A stretch of 64,000 bases of DNA from Antedon mediterranea (GCF_964355755.1 NC_092672.1:4464001-4528000); one strand, 5' to 3'. Shown: positions 50,201 through 63,204, numbered from the stretch's first letter. Numbers and translations are program-made. The notes: generated by a model not told the origin, from the sequence alone.

Positions 50201-53200
50201 GATTCAGTTGAAATTTGACTGTCAATAAAGTCTCAAAATGTCAACAAATGGCTATATTAAATTAGAAATTCAATTCAAACGTCTACTTATTTTCAATACA
50301 ATACTTACTTCTGTCAATAAAACATTATAAATCTATTTTTGAAGTTTGAAATTCATATTGACTATAGACTTATGACTTATCCACAAAGTTTATGAGCAAG
50401 CGCAGATGTTTGATATGGTCTACTGCTTCGTAGATTATAGGCAATTAGAAAGTCTACTACTAGCCCTGTGAAAGCATGGAATTGAATCAAGAACCTTGGG
50501 ATTAGAAGGAAAGCATACACACACCGAGCTATAGTACCATTTCTATAATATATTGTTTTATAGGTTGAAATCTTAGAGGTCTATTGTACTGACCTTTTTT
50601 ATTTTAAATGGATTTATTTTCTTTATTTTAGATGGGCATTTGGTAAGATCAGAGGCATTGTTTATTTCCGGTGTAGACAACATGAGTACTCAGGACGTGT
50701 TCAGATACTTTGGCTCATATGGGCCATCATCCATTGAATGGCTTAACGATACTTCATGTAAGTATTCTAGATAATGCAGGTCATTTTGTTGTTGTGTAAC
50801 TGTTGCAAAACGTTGTTGAATAAGACCAAAAATACAGTATATTGGAGAGGTAACATTTAGCTTAGTTCTTAAAATTGGATCAGTACATGGTTTTGCGTTC
50901 AGGCCTGCTGTGTGCTGCTGGAGCAGAGGGATAGCTTAACTAGGTAAGTTCCAAGTTAAGTGTATACATAAGCCTATAAGTAATAATGTTTAAAGTAAGT
51001 TGGGATGGGATTAAATAGATAGTATTTATTTTACTTTTAAGTTTTTAAACAAAATGTATACTGAAACTTCTGGTTTTCAGAAGCCATTAAGTTATCATGT
51101 CTAAACTACTATACTGCAGTAACTGCAGTAACATTTGTATTAAGATAGGATTACTTGTTTAAATGTACAGGTAGAAAGTTTATTCAGGCAGTCATTGTAA
51201 TATACAGTGTGGTATACGTTATCCAAAATATAAAGGTTGCTTAAAAAATTGCATAACCATGTTAAATAGTAAAAGAAAATGTAAAAATGTAAAATATTCC
51301 CTAAACATATTCCACCTATTCATATACTATTTAACTGTACCTATTTCACCAAACCTTTTTCACAGAAGTGTTGGGGCTCAGTTAATTCAGATAAGAGTGA
51401 ATTTTAGTCTTCCCTGGTAAATGTAACCAAATCTATTTTTGAGAAGTAACACCTTGACATTGGAAATCTTAATGGTTCAGAGCCAATAAGTAATTTTTCA
51501 AACATTTTTTTTTTATTTTGCGGTTATTCCTAAACCTTTTCATATGGTACGAGCTGTCTAAAAATATCACCCTAATAATAAATTGAAAAGTCGAATAATT
51601 GCTAGGAAACGATCCTTTTTAGCCCGCAGTAAAATCTGATCTTTAAACACTCGGGTTCAAAACCTGGATTGTGATTGGCTATTGCCTTGCAACTTATATC
51701 TTAGTTCTGATCTATGATTGGCTAAGGGCAAATTGTCATCTTGACTTCTGTTTTTTTCAGCTTTGATTCTGTTTGACTTTAAATTACCCCAAAACCTTAC
51801 TTGTCTAAACTTGATTAACGTGTCTAATTGAACAGTTTATACTTCAGTGATTGCTTTAATGTTTAAATTAGCTCAATCCAAAGTGCTTAAGGGAGGGTAG
51901 AGGGGCTGCAAAGGTCACAATAGTCACTTCATTTCTTTAAATATTTAAATATAATATGGGTAATTCGGGGAAGAAAACAGATTTAAGTATTAGGAAAAAT
52001 ATAATTAGATGGGGCTTAATTGTAGAGGTATTCATTAGTCCTAATTGAATCACTAAAAACCCTAAAACATAATTCACCCTGGAGGCTTTTAAAAACTTTA
52101 TATTATTTTTTATTCATGAATCTTTATAGAATAAAAAATTGTTTAATTTTAATGATTTTATCTAACAATATCCAACACGCAGCATACTGTATACTTACTT
52201 ACTGTATATGTCTGCATATACAGTAAGTATACCCAGAATGACTTTTGGACACGACAGCTGCATAGTCACATGTCGCATTATGAAAACTAAAGAAGCTTTA
52301 AAATATAGAAAAGAAGTGAATTAGATTTTTATTATGCCCTGAATAAAAATTAAAAATTTACGATAAAGGGTCAAGCTAATTAAAAAAGAGACTTTCAAAA
52401 TTTAAAGGCAGACTAAGATAATATCCATAAATTGGAGGTATTCGATCTTTGGTTAAATATTTCTTGGTTTTTCTTTCAAACTTTCAGAATATGAAAGAAA
52501 AATAAAGATATCATGAAAGAGATAAAAGGTCATACAAATGAAAGTAACAAACAAAAGTGAGGATTGAGATGGTATTTTGCCATTTGAGGATAATTGGATT
52601 GGAAATTTTGTTTTTCTCGGTTTTCTTCCAATAATTTAGGAGACAAACATAAATTACAGATTTACAATAAACGAGATAAAGGTCAAATCAATTAAACAAA
52701 ATCCAAAACTGAAGATTGATGGTACATATTTGGAAATCCTAGATTTTAATAAAAATCTTTTATTAATAGTTGTTTAATCAAATACTTTATTCAATTCAAT
52801 TTTTTGCAGATTTTACATCGCACATGTACATTATGCCATTATAATAAAGACACAAAGTGACTATAAAATATAATCTTTTTAAAAAGTTAATGAAACACAA
52901 AAGCACTCTGATTTACCTGAGAATTTTAGGACAAATTTAATTTGAACTGGATTAGGTTTTGCCATCACCAACTCATTTCTATCCCTCTCCCCCACCTGCC
53001 CCCATTACAGTATTTATTTTTAGTATAATTTTTCTTGTTAGATTTTTCTTAAACTAGGATTTGTTTTCGAAGGTTATAAGAAAGAAAAAAACGCTAGAGA
53101 GTCTACAATCTGCAACGATGGAAAAAGTCCAACATGTACTATTTGTGTTATTTCCCGAAATGAATATGATTTGAATTAAACTAGAAATGTTGTTATTATT

Positions 53201-56200
53201 CACAATAACTTGGGAATATGAAGAAATAGAAAATGTCAAATTTATATCATTTGAAAATTGTTTTGCAACTTTCAAAAAAACAAACTGTTTTAAAGATATC
53301 TTGGGCACAAATATTACAATATTATTTATCAACTATATTATCACAAATATTCAGATCAAGAAATTTGGAAATCTAGGCCTAGCATTTTCCAAAATGTTGG
53401 GTTTTGTGGAAAAACTTTATTTGTGTAAAACTTATTAATATTATGTACATAATAAACAAAGACAGGACATTCTAAATATAGTACATTTAATTGATACAAT
53501 TTGTAACAAATTTCAAGTAGGAAAGAACTTTTTTTTATCAAAATGATTTACATATTTTTTTGGGTTATTTACATGAGTTAGAACATTGTAGCTAATGTTT
53601 CTTTTTCCAAATTGACTGCTTTCAAGATGTGATATCTTTTGCTCTACTTTTGACTTGACAGACTTTTGTGTTCTTCATCATCACAAACTATGTATTTGCA
53701 TTGAACCTTTCAGCTGTATGTGTTAATTATTGAAATAAAACCCAGAAACGTCAAACCTAAAAACTATTACTTTCACGTTAATAGTTATTTCCTGCTTTGA
53801 TTAATGGAATCCAAACCCAGAAACATAAAAAAAAAACGTTTTAAAATGTTTGAGTCGTGGCAGCTGCCTCATGTTTTCAATCAATGTATTATCAGAATTG
53901 AGAGATCTGGAAAGTGGTCGTATTAGTCGTGTGGCGACTACCAGACGCGTACATTCTTTATCAGACTTAATCAGCTGCACGTATTCGTAATTATCTACTA
54001 TGAAAGGATATCACTTGATCAACCCACTAAAAGCTCCTCCCACTTCCCATTGATTGGTTTAATAAGTTTTGATTGACATTTGGTATATTTTATTAGTCAG
54101 AATGTAGTCACTGATAGGAAATGGCTTGAGTAATAAATAAATGCATGAAGTAGGCAGCTGCATAAACCTATTTTGCCCATTCCAACCCTCGACATACCCA
54201 CCACCCCCCACCCCCAACACACACACAGCCTCACTTCCATACCAATCGACCAAGGTACCTAATTAAGTAAGAGTAATATACAGTACTTTATTAAAAATAT
54301 AATTGATTACCAATAATTTAAATTAATTTCTTAAAAGTATTGTACATGAGATTGGTATTGTATTCCTGTATTAAACTCTTTGCAATAGATTCACTGCAGC
54401 CATGTAATACTTGATCATAATACTCTTCATACTTACTCCCCATACTTTTTTTAACCATATTTAATGAGGGTGATCCATCCAGCTATTGCTGATCATTAGG
54501 GACCCTCAGAGGTTCACAAGACAAACATAATACACAAGATGCTCTACATAAACAAAGTCTTATTACAAGTCTTTGGGAGTGGAGTAATTTGGTGACGGGA
54601 CTTAACATCTGGTTACTGAATGATAAGTATTTAATGGATCGAACATTGAATAGAAACTAAATAACATTTCACTTTTACAACTACGCAGCTATTGACCATT
54701 ACCTGTATGCACATGCTCAAATGTTTCTGAGCATGTGCAGAATTACTTTTTAACTTAATCAGTGATATCTAGTTATAGTTAGTACACCATGAAAACAAAA
54801 GGTTGCTATTACCGCTCGGTACGACATCTGTATGTATTATGTATAAAGTATCATTTCAATCCATCTGATGGTTTCAGAGCCTCATACAAATATTTTGAAT
54901 CACTCTGCATCATTGTACGTACTGTGAATCAATTATCTATAAGGACAAGTAATTTACACTTTTTTTATTAAATAAGTATGGCTTTCTTCATTTGTCATCT
55001 TTTGTATAATAATACACATAGATTTAAGTGATATAATTAATAATTGCCTGCTTTAAAGCAGATTTGATGATTGACAGAAATACAGTAGCAGGCAAAAACT
55101 ACAAACTCATCATGTAATTTGAGAAGAACTATTTGCTGAATTAAGTGTTAAGGTTATTATAGGTTAATAGATAGGGGATGCAATTATTGATTTTACTATC
55201 CAATACTTAACAGCTTGTCAGCAATGAAAAAAATTAAACGAAAAATGATTAATGCATGTTACTTTAGTTTTTTGGTACATAGTATTGTAGTAGTAGTACA
55301 TAGTACTGTAATACCAACACTCTCAATGTAGGACTCTTTGAAAACGGGAAAACTCTCTCCTCTCTTCTTCAGGTCCAGAATGTCCCGACTAATTTTTTTA
55401 AATCAAAACACACAATAAGATTCAGAATAGAAAACTTTTCAGAATATTATTTTTGCAATTTGTAAAATTATATAAATTGGTTAATTTCTAGTATATATTA
55501 CTGGACGGTTTGGAGGTTTTCTGTGATGGTAAATATATAGAATAGAAGGGGAAACAACAATGGGAATGCTTAGTTTTTTCTTAAAACCTGTATTACTTTG
55601 TTTCTTTTAAATTTTGTACATAATTTAAGTTTTCTTGTAAGTATGTACTACTACTTTCTTTTACCGTTATTTTAACTACTCTGGAAGATGAACCTTCACT
55701 CATGAAACGTGCCACAGTAGGTTTTTATTGTTACAATACCAGTAGTGGTAAAAAAGGGCTTACCTCCTTTGTAAGCATGTCATTTCTATGTTAACAAGTT
55801 ACATATGGGATTAGTATGGTAGATAATAAGATTAAGTACCCAAGTACTTTATCCTAACATGTTGCCATGTTTGTGGCTTTCTCATGATGGGAATTTAAAA
55901 AAGCTGTGGGTAAAAGAAGAAAATTTAGAAAGAAGGTCAAGTTTGCAAAAAAATTCTAAGAAATTAATGCCCACATTCTGTTAAAAATGTCAGTTGAAAA
56001 CCAGAAATTAAAAATGGCATCACCAAAATGACTAACATTGATATCAATATTAATTTGATAATGTACAACTATAATTTCTATTCAAACTTCTGTCAACTGA
56101 TAGCTCTTTCGGGAATTGATAAATTGAATAAAAATAGCGGTATGGTCTAGGGAGCTACCCTTGATAAGCCCTTGAATGTTGGCCACTAATTAAATGGTCA

Positions 56201-59200
56201 AGTTAAACTTGAAATGGTGAAGGCCCAATGCCAAGGGGGTTCGGTGAGATCGTGGACAGCTTCCTTTAGCTCTTCAGAGCAATCTCTATCAACCGCGTGC
56301 AGGCTAACATGGCAGTGTGACGTTGATTCGTACATTCCTTAGACTATATTTAGATAATCTAATAGGATTTGCTAGCCTCTACGCATTTTGAGATTCTCTT
56401 TGAGACTTATACTCATCTTAAACTTTGAAGTGAATAATTTGAATTATAAAAAAATAAAATTATCTTTATCCTTATTTTAAATACTTCAATAATCCATACA
56501 GTAAACCTATACAAAATTTCATTTTCCTTTTAAATTTTTGTATTTGATTTCTGATGCATATTTCCTTTTTGCTTTTACATTCATAATAGATAAAATCAAA
56601 CCTTGTGATTAGAATGATAGTAGAAAGAACCCCTTTTTTATTGGGAAACTCCAATTAAAGGGTCACTTATAATACAAACGAGGGACAATATATGTTTTAA
56701 CCCTTATTTAGGAAAAATCCTTACAATATTTAGGGGACAACTTTGTCGGTTGTCCCCTTAATGGAATTCTACTGCACACTTTTAGGTTTTTCATGAATGC
56801 AAAGTTCACAGATTTTTAAACATAAATGCACAATTTATTCCACAGACATTTTCTAAGTTTTTAGTCAGAAAAAACAGTTGTTAATAAACCTTGACTTGAA
56901 TAACAAAAAGTTATCAACTGAAACGAAATTGAAGAATAACTTTGACTTGATCGTGCTTTCTACACCGTGTCAAAATATATTTATGTAATGATAAATTAGC
57001 ATTAATATAAGTTGATGTGTTCAAGTCCTGCTGAGTTCATGGACAAGTATCTGTCAGAAATTGGTGACATACTTTTCAATGATTTTCGCCAACATCGACA
57101 TTTTGGTTTATTATATTTAGTTATTTTTATTCTTTTTTAATGTGTTCCCGAGTACCACTTGTGGTAAAATACATGTGTGCAACAACTGCAGTTGGAATTA
57201 GTAATATTTATTTTAAAAAATAAAATTCAATCCCAAAGGAGGTATCAAACTTGGAATTTGTAACTAAATAAGTCTAGTCTCCAAGATCAATCAACTTGTT
57301 TTTAATTATTCAAATAATATTATTACAAATACTATTACAGTATACTCCTGTTTGGTAAACTCTATTCAGGGAACAATATTATTCAAGGGATAAAACCAGA
57401 GGTGTAACTACTATGAGCACTTACTGGTTAAACCCAGGGCTCCCAACATAAGCAGTCCCAACGCAACTACTCGGCATTGGAGGACCTCTAGGTTGCTAAA
57501 CTAGGACCTTTGGCCACTGCGTTTTGCCACTGGGGACAACCCTATTAACAACAAACGAACAGCAATACTACAGACAACCTTTAATCAGAGGACAGCCTTA
57601 AAGATATCCCAATGATAGAGGTTCTATTGTATGTATGAGATTTTATATTAAAGTTGGTAATGTATTTTTGTTCTATCCACTCTACCATATTCATATAAAG
57701 ATATTGTGGAACCACGTCAGGTCAAGTTCAATATTGAATATCGAAACGTGGCAGGCTGAAGGCGCTTGACCTTTGACAAGATCGCCTAAATTTTTAATAT
57801 ATTAACTTTACAATACTTAGTGTTGTATATTCTGTTACAGCCGCTCCATAATCTCTTTGCTTTTCTTCCTTATATCTATATTTTAATTTATACTAACAAA
57901 TATCTTTTTATTAATATAATAATAATAATATATCAAACATTTATTAAATAATATTTATCGCATAATATGCAATCTACGATAATTGAATTAATTGATATAA
58001 CAAATTTATTAAATACATAACATCATTTGAATAAAAAGAACAAATCACATATCTACACATAATCATAACATCGTATACTCTATCTCTAACAATTTATTCA
58101 ATCTTCTATCGACTAAAGCCGAAGTTATAGTCGTTATCTCGGGACCGTTCTGGCCACCACCAGCTGGCTTACTTCATCAAAGCTTCTATGAATGGATGTA
58201 CTGGTTGGGAGCAGAAAAACTAGTAGACCAAACCCAGTACCGTTTTGATTACGATCAATCAGGAAATTACCTCACAACGTAATGTTGCAGCAACTTTTCA
58301 AGTTCACATTCTAATTGAATAGTTTTATTAAATTCAAAGAATATAAACAATGATTTACCTGATAAAATATAGTTAAATAGAAACTTAATTATTATTCAAT
58401 TCTAGAGATTTAATTAGTTTTTTTCAGCAGATTCCAGATTTAGTACACATTGTAATTGATATCAATAGTTTTATTTATTTACCTCAAAGAATTTAAGAAA
58501 GGATTTACCTGATAAAATATAGTTAATTAGAAACATAGAACTTAATTATGACTTAATTCTAGAGATTTAATAAGTTGGTAATGTTGTGGCAACTCTTCCA
58601 GATCAATAGTTTTATTTATTTGATTCAAAGAATATAAACAAGGATCTGAGAAACATGGAACTTTATTATTACTTTAGATTTAATTAGTTGGCAATTTTCA
58701 GCAGATTCCAGATTTAGTTTACGTTTTAATTGATATCAATAATTTTATCTCTTACTTCAAAGAATAACAAGGATTTACCTGATGGAAATAGTTAATTAGA
58801 AACATAGAACATGCATTGTCAATATGGAAGTAACATGTGTCTGTAGTTTAACACCATATGGCTATAATACAAACCAGAATTGATCCTGATGATCTAAATA
58901 CTTGCAATTTGTAACTAAAGATAGAAAGTTTAGAACCTTTATTAATACCAGCTGTTTAACATATTGTAGTAGTTGCATACGGATAGTGTTTGATAGTGGG
59001 AAAAGTTAATTCACACACCACAGTCAAACGGGGTGAATTTTGTTTATAATAGGGCAATTATATTGCGCGTATAAACTAGTTCCCTGTGCACTGTGTGAAC
59101 AGGATGTTATACACCCTTATATGTCATGTCCATGCAGGTAGCACTCTATCCACAACAGTGACTGTAGGAAACAAGTACAACAGTGTAAAACGTACTCATC

Positions 59201-62200
59201 AAGGAGGATGTACAACAATAGAACCCCTATTAAGCCTGAGCAGAGGCATTCCTTGTATAAAGTTTGGCCATTATAGTGTTAAAACATACATTTCCCTTGT
59301 AATTTAGTCACAGATAAATTTCTCCTTAAAATGGATGTCCACTGAAAAGATTAGTCCCTAAGTAGTCCCCTGATAGGTTTGTCCCCTGATTAGGAATTTC
59401 CCCTGAATAGGAATGTCCCCTGAATAGGAATGTCCCCTGAATAGAGGTATCCCCTGAATAGAGGTATCCCCTGTATAGAGGTGTCTCCTGTATAGAGGTG
59501 TCTCCTGTATAGAGGTGTCTCCTGTATAGAGGTGTCTCCTGTATAGAGGTGTCTCCTGTATAGAGGTGTCTCCTGTATAGAGGTGTCTCCTGTATAGAGA
59601 TTTCTCCTGTATAGAGATTTCTCCTGTATAGAGGTGTCTCCTGTATAGAGGTGTCTCCTGTATAGAGGTGTCTCCTGTATAGAGGTGTCTCTTGTATAGA
59701 GGTGTCTCCTGTATAGAGGTGTCTCCTGTATAGAGGTGTCTCCTGTATAGAGGTGTCTCCTGTATAGAGGTGTCTCCTGTATAGAGGTGTCTCCTGAATA
59801 GAGGTGTCTCTTGTATAGAGGTATCTCCTGTATAGAGGTGTCTCCTGTATAGCGGTTCCTCAAAGATCAAGAAGACTTTAATAATAGGTATACTGTCCAA
59901 GAAACTGTTATCTATCGTTTAGCATTCTTTTATTAAGTCTGTATACATTAGTAATACTTTAGTATAAATTGATGCCTTTAGGGTGGATGAGAAATAACTG
60001 CTAATTTGAATCAGCTTATGGCCGGAGGGGTGTCAAAACCATAAAGCAAAGTAGCGATATCTTCAACGATTGCTTTAGAAACAGATCTGCAGATTACTGT
60101 ATGTTGTGTCACTGACAACAACTTGATACATGCGGCAAAGAAACCTGGGCAAATCAGATAATTTAAAAATATGTAGCAATAACTTATTTTTTAGTTTATA
60201 AATAAGTTTTTATTGACAAATCAAAGCGAAAGAACAACTTTTGTGTATTCTCTTTATTAACCTTGGTTGCTGGATCTTTGCCAGCACGTCACAGATAATT
60301 GAAGGAAATGAGGTAAGTCCCTAAAGACCATATCTTTAACTGTGTTTAAAATTATTAATTTACTAGTTGTAGATTATTAGTGCATTTGATTAATCTCTGT
60401 TTATCTCTATATCAATATGTCTGTCAATGGTCTACATACTAATACCATTTGAAACCAGCTCCAATCTTCAAAATAAGATTTAAGTTGAGATAAAAGTTGA
60501 TTCATATTTTGTGTGGTTAGGTTGTTACTTTTCTTTTATATTGTTTTCTACTGTAAATTTTTAATTTGAAAATAAAATTAAAAGAAATAGTATGTTTATA
60601 AGCTCCTTTGGAGATTATAAAGATTAGTTTTTACCCTGACCAAAGTAAACACGGGATTAGAAAGGGGTCACTAATTTCTTTTGAGTTACCATTTTGTTTA
60701 TAAAATATTTAAAATGATACAATACTCAATACTTTTGGTTTCAATTTCGTATTGGTTGTTGTCTATGATTCATTTATATTATTGGAATCAAATTTTTATT
60801 TTTGGTTTGAAAATGAGGTGAAGATCGCAGAAGAGCTACTGTAACAGTGATTTAGTTTTGAAATAAATGCAGAGATAATCTGTGCTACTATAGCTCTGTC
60901 TACGCTATCAAACTTTATGTCACAAAAAATGTGATGTGCCCATATGGTGTCATATCACTACCATATTTGGGTATATCACTACCATATTTGGGCACATCAC
61001 ACTAGTTTAAGTGTAGAACGTTTGATAGATAGAATTTTATGCCCAACCCTATTCCTGCTCAAAAGAATTATTTGAGTCTCTTTCACTAAGCCTGTGTAAA
61101 CTAAATTTCAAACAAAGTTAATGAAATAAGAACTGAATTAATGAAATTAAGAGAATTAAAAATTGAATTAGTGTAGTGGATGCAGTTAAATGTAATGGTT
61201 CCAATTTGGATTAGGCCCTCCATGACCCCATGTCGGCCACAGTGCAGTACTGACACTCGCATCAGGAGAGGATCCCTTATTTTTGGATATTGGAAAACTC
61301 ACTTCTACCAGTTGCATGTGAAGAGGGTGGGGGAGGGAGTTAGGAGGGTAGGGGTCGGGGGTTGGGGTCGGGGGTTAGGAGGGTAGGGGTCATCAGCAGA
61401 TGTCAAATTGAACATTATATATTTTTTTCTTTCTGAGTAAAGTACTGTATTTTTAATTTGTTTGACTAATCTGACATAGTATTGATTGGTTATATCATTT
61501 CTCATCTGATATTATTAATTAGCCTTTAATTAATACTTGCCTAATTAATCAGATTGTTTGAAGGAGCAAAGATTGTATCTCAAATTAGTAATCCTAGACC
61601 TATATTATTGATACTTTCATTTTGATAGGGTTGTTTAATTTTAAATTAGGGGTAATTTTAAATACAAAAGTAATTTTTTTAAATTTTATAATAATGTTAG
61701 TTTTATCATTAATTTTTTTTTTTTTTTAATTAGAGTATAATTAATTAATGTTTAAAGGTATTTTATAATTTGTAAGCACTTGATTAGATTATTTACAGTA
61801 GTCTAGTGTCCTTCTAAGTCCCTGATTGTGTACGTAAGCGTAGTAATTGCCATTTCCTATTGCTTCTGAACAGTCCAAAGTAACCCCCGAGTCCAAATGG
61901 CCTTACCCAAGCGGTGAAGTATTTTAATTGCAACAATCTATACAAGTTGAGTAGCGTACTTCCCCTATATCACACAAGTCGTTTGTAATTGTCATTGAAA
62001 GTACTATGCCGTTGGCGCTATACTAACAGCACGACAGATTTCAAACATGTGGCAGGATTTATATAGTTTTCCAAATATCAATCTAGCTTCTCTATGCTGT
62101 ATTCACATGCTGGAGAATGCGCCCTCGTCAAAGACGATGTGCTGTCATGCACATTCAGGTAGGACATATTGTAATGTAGTCTGTTTTCATTTCAGCCAGA

Positions 62201-63129
62201 ATTATTGTATTTTTTGGTTTTTTTTTGTGGATTATTTATATTGTGAAAATTGTATGTAAAGGTAATTGTTTTGTTGACTTTATTATGTATATTTTGCTTC
62301 TTGTTTTTTTAGCTGTCGGCAATAAAAAAAAGTTGCCATTCCTGTACCTTCACTTCTTATTCTTAGGTGTCCTCATAGACCTTCTCATAATAGATGTTTA
62401 CCTGTTATGCAAATAGTTTATTTTGTCTTCTCCAAATTCATCATTTGTACTCGGGGTACCTGAGTCTAGGACTTACTCATTTTCTCCTTCTCCATCCGAC
62501 ACTATTGAGTCAAAAGTGCGATTTATAAAGTGCTACTCCACCCTTATTCGCTGTAGTATTGTGCTAGGATTTGGCATATTACAGGGACATGTCCTCAAAG
62601 CTTAACCGGATGCAGCCATATGAAGTTAGTACCGTATAGCCGTATAAACTATTTGGTAGCGGGTTTATTGATGTGTATGTGACATCACATTGCGTCTTAT
62701 GACGTCATTACAGCTTCTTTCGCTGTACTCCGAGTATCGCACATTTGTGCTTGTTATCTTTGATGTTCCCTGAAATGAGACTGACTTCCAACTTTGTACC
62801 TCTTGTACCTCCGTCATAGAGGGTTTATTTTCATTTTACAAAAACAAGTACAGACTTTCTTCCAATAAAAGGTCTCCTTTATTAGAGATCACATTTCTGC
62901 TGACCCGTAGGCTCAATTTTAAATTACTTTAATTCTCATGATCAATTTGTTTTGTTTCTTACAGGTAATGTAGTGTGGTTGGATTCTAATACAACAGCCA
63001 GAGCATTAATAGGGATGAGCCAGCAACAGTATATAAATAAGGGACCAATGATAGAGGAGATAACACCTCGTATTGACCTCAAGTCACATGATAGTACACC
63101 TGCAGCGGAACCAATGGAAGAAGGAGATG
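35211..63129 (+). CDS. NCBP3: Nuclear cap-binding protein subunit 3, first six exons (3' part lies beyond the window)
   Basis: Exons 35211-35533, 35815-35911, 36381-36446, 47069-47204, 50632-50757, 62965-63129; GT-AG, phases 2,0,0,1,1,1 all compatible. Translation RRYENNPQNAFVTGFNVMSK|EACTKRNSRAKRFG and RRM segment VRSEALFISGVDNMSTQDVFRYFGSYGPSSIEWLNDTSC|NVVWLDSNTTARALIGMS match the NCBP3/C17orf85 signature. Exons 1-2 are divergent and less certain. Confidence 0.88.
36962..37108. mobile_element. MITE family A copy, TTA duplication
   Basis: TTA|AGCTCTGTCTATACTATCAAACT ... GATAGTGTGGACATGGCT|TTA. Confidence 0.85.
37492..38316 (-). mobile_element. Non-autonomous PIF/Harbinger transposon carrying a decayed Myb/SANT-like (trihelix) gene
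   Basis: TIR GGGCCTGTTTCTAT ... ATAGAAACAGGCCC flanked by TAA/TTA; subterminal AACCGGTT/AACGGTT repeats; - strand peptide KDHNNVSGNNSPFYDEMDAI. Confidence 0.75.
38631..38845. mobile_element. MITE family A copy with expanded internal 21-bp repeat
   Basis: TAA duplication on both sides; about four GTGATATGCCCAAATATGGTA units. Confidence 0.9.
39466..39673 (+). mobile_element. Full-length tRNA-derived SINE
   Basis: A box TAGCTTGGTGG (39470), B box GGTTCAATCC (39514), tail CATCCTGTAATTGGCGAG...GCTGTTGGATGCGTATGAAATTAAAAAAA; same family as 15539-15750. Degraded SINE heads also at ~11965-12025 (-), ~30140-30200 (+) and ~50465-50535 (-). Confidence 0.8.
39829..40102. repeat. Diverged direct duplication of ~120-145 bp
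   Basis: TTGAACATA...CATTTTAGACGG...CTTTGTAAGCTT...TTCCGTCACAACTTGGAA occurs at ~39830-39950 and ~39976-40102. Confidence 0.75.
40994..41088. mobile_element. MITE family A half copy
   Basis: Internal repeat plus right TIR AAACTAGTTTGATAGTGTAGACAGAGCT|TTA. Confidence 0.8.
45712..45915. mobile_element. Harbinger-like MITE with ~30-bp perfect TIR and TTA duplication, nested in a family C element
   Basis: TTA|AGCCTGTTTTCCTGTCGACGTTATTCGACG ... CGTCGAATAACGTCGACAGGAAAACAGGCT|TTA; host element ~45683-46026 (AGTAGAAACC...GTTCTACTGTA). Confidence 0.88.
49020..49218. mobile_element. MITE family B copy
   Basis: CAGGCCTTTTGTCTTTTAAAAATT...GCACTCCTCAAGGGCAGTTTAGGAGTG...AAAAGGCTG. Confidence 0.75.
58318..58812. 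repeat. Degenerate tandem repeat, ~120-150-bp unit, ~4 copies
   Basis: Recurring ATAGTTTTATT...CAAAGAAT...GGATTTACCTGATAAAATATAGTTAATTAGAAAC...TTTTCAGCAGATTCCAGATTTAGT blocks. Confidence 0.75.
59380..59856. repeat. 17-bp minisatellite (~26 copies) inside a family C MITE starting ~59216
   Basis: Unit TGTATAGAGGTGTCTCC; it generates the spurious periodic ORFs 59358-59900 and 59390-59863. Confidence 0.95.
60892..61030. mobile_element. MITE family A copy, right end rearranged
   Basis: AGCTCTGTCTACGCTATCAAACTTTATGTCACAAAAAATGTGATGTGCCC plus internal 21-bp units. Confidence 0.8.
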
Positions 63130-63204
63130 GTATGATAACTTTTTGCAATTTGATTTTCTCTTTAAATGATCTTCTTTATTTTTTATATTTAGGTTAAAAA
63201 ATTT

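Noticed and set aside
58040-58282. Stop-free frame ending ...GPFWPPPAGLLHQSFYEWMYWLGAEK...
   Set aside because: No start codon or clear splice sites, and no recognisable domain.
59358-59900. 180-aa and 157-aa repetitive ORFs
   Set aside because: Translations of a 17-bp minisatellite that happens to lack stops on the - strand.
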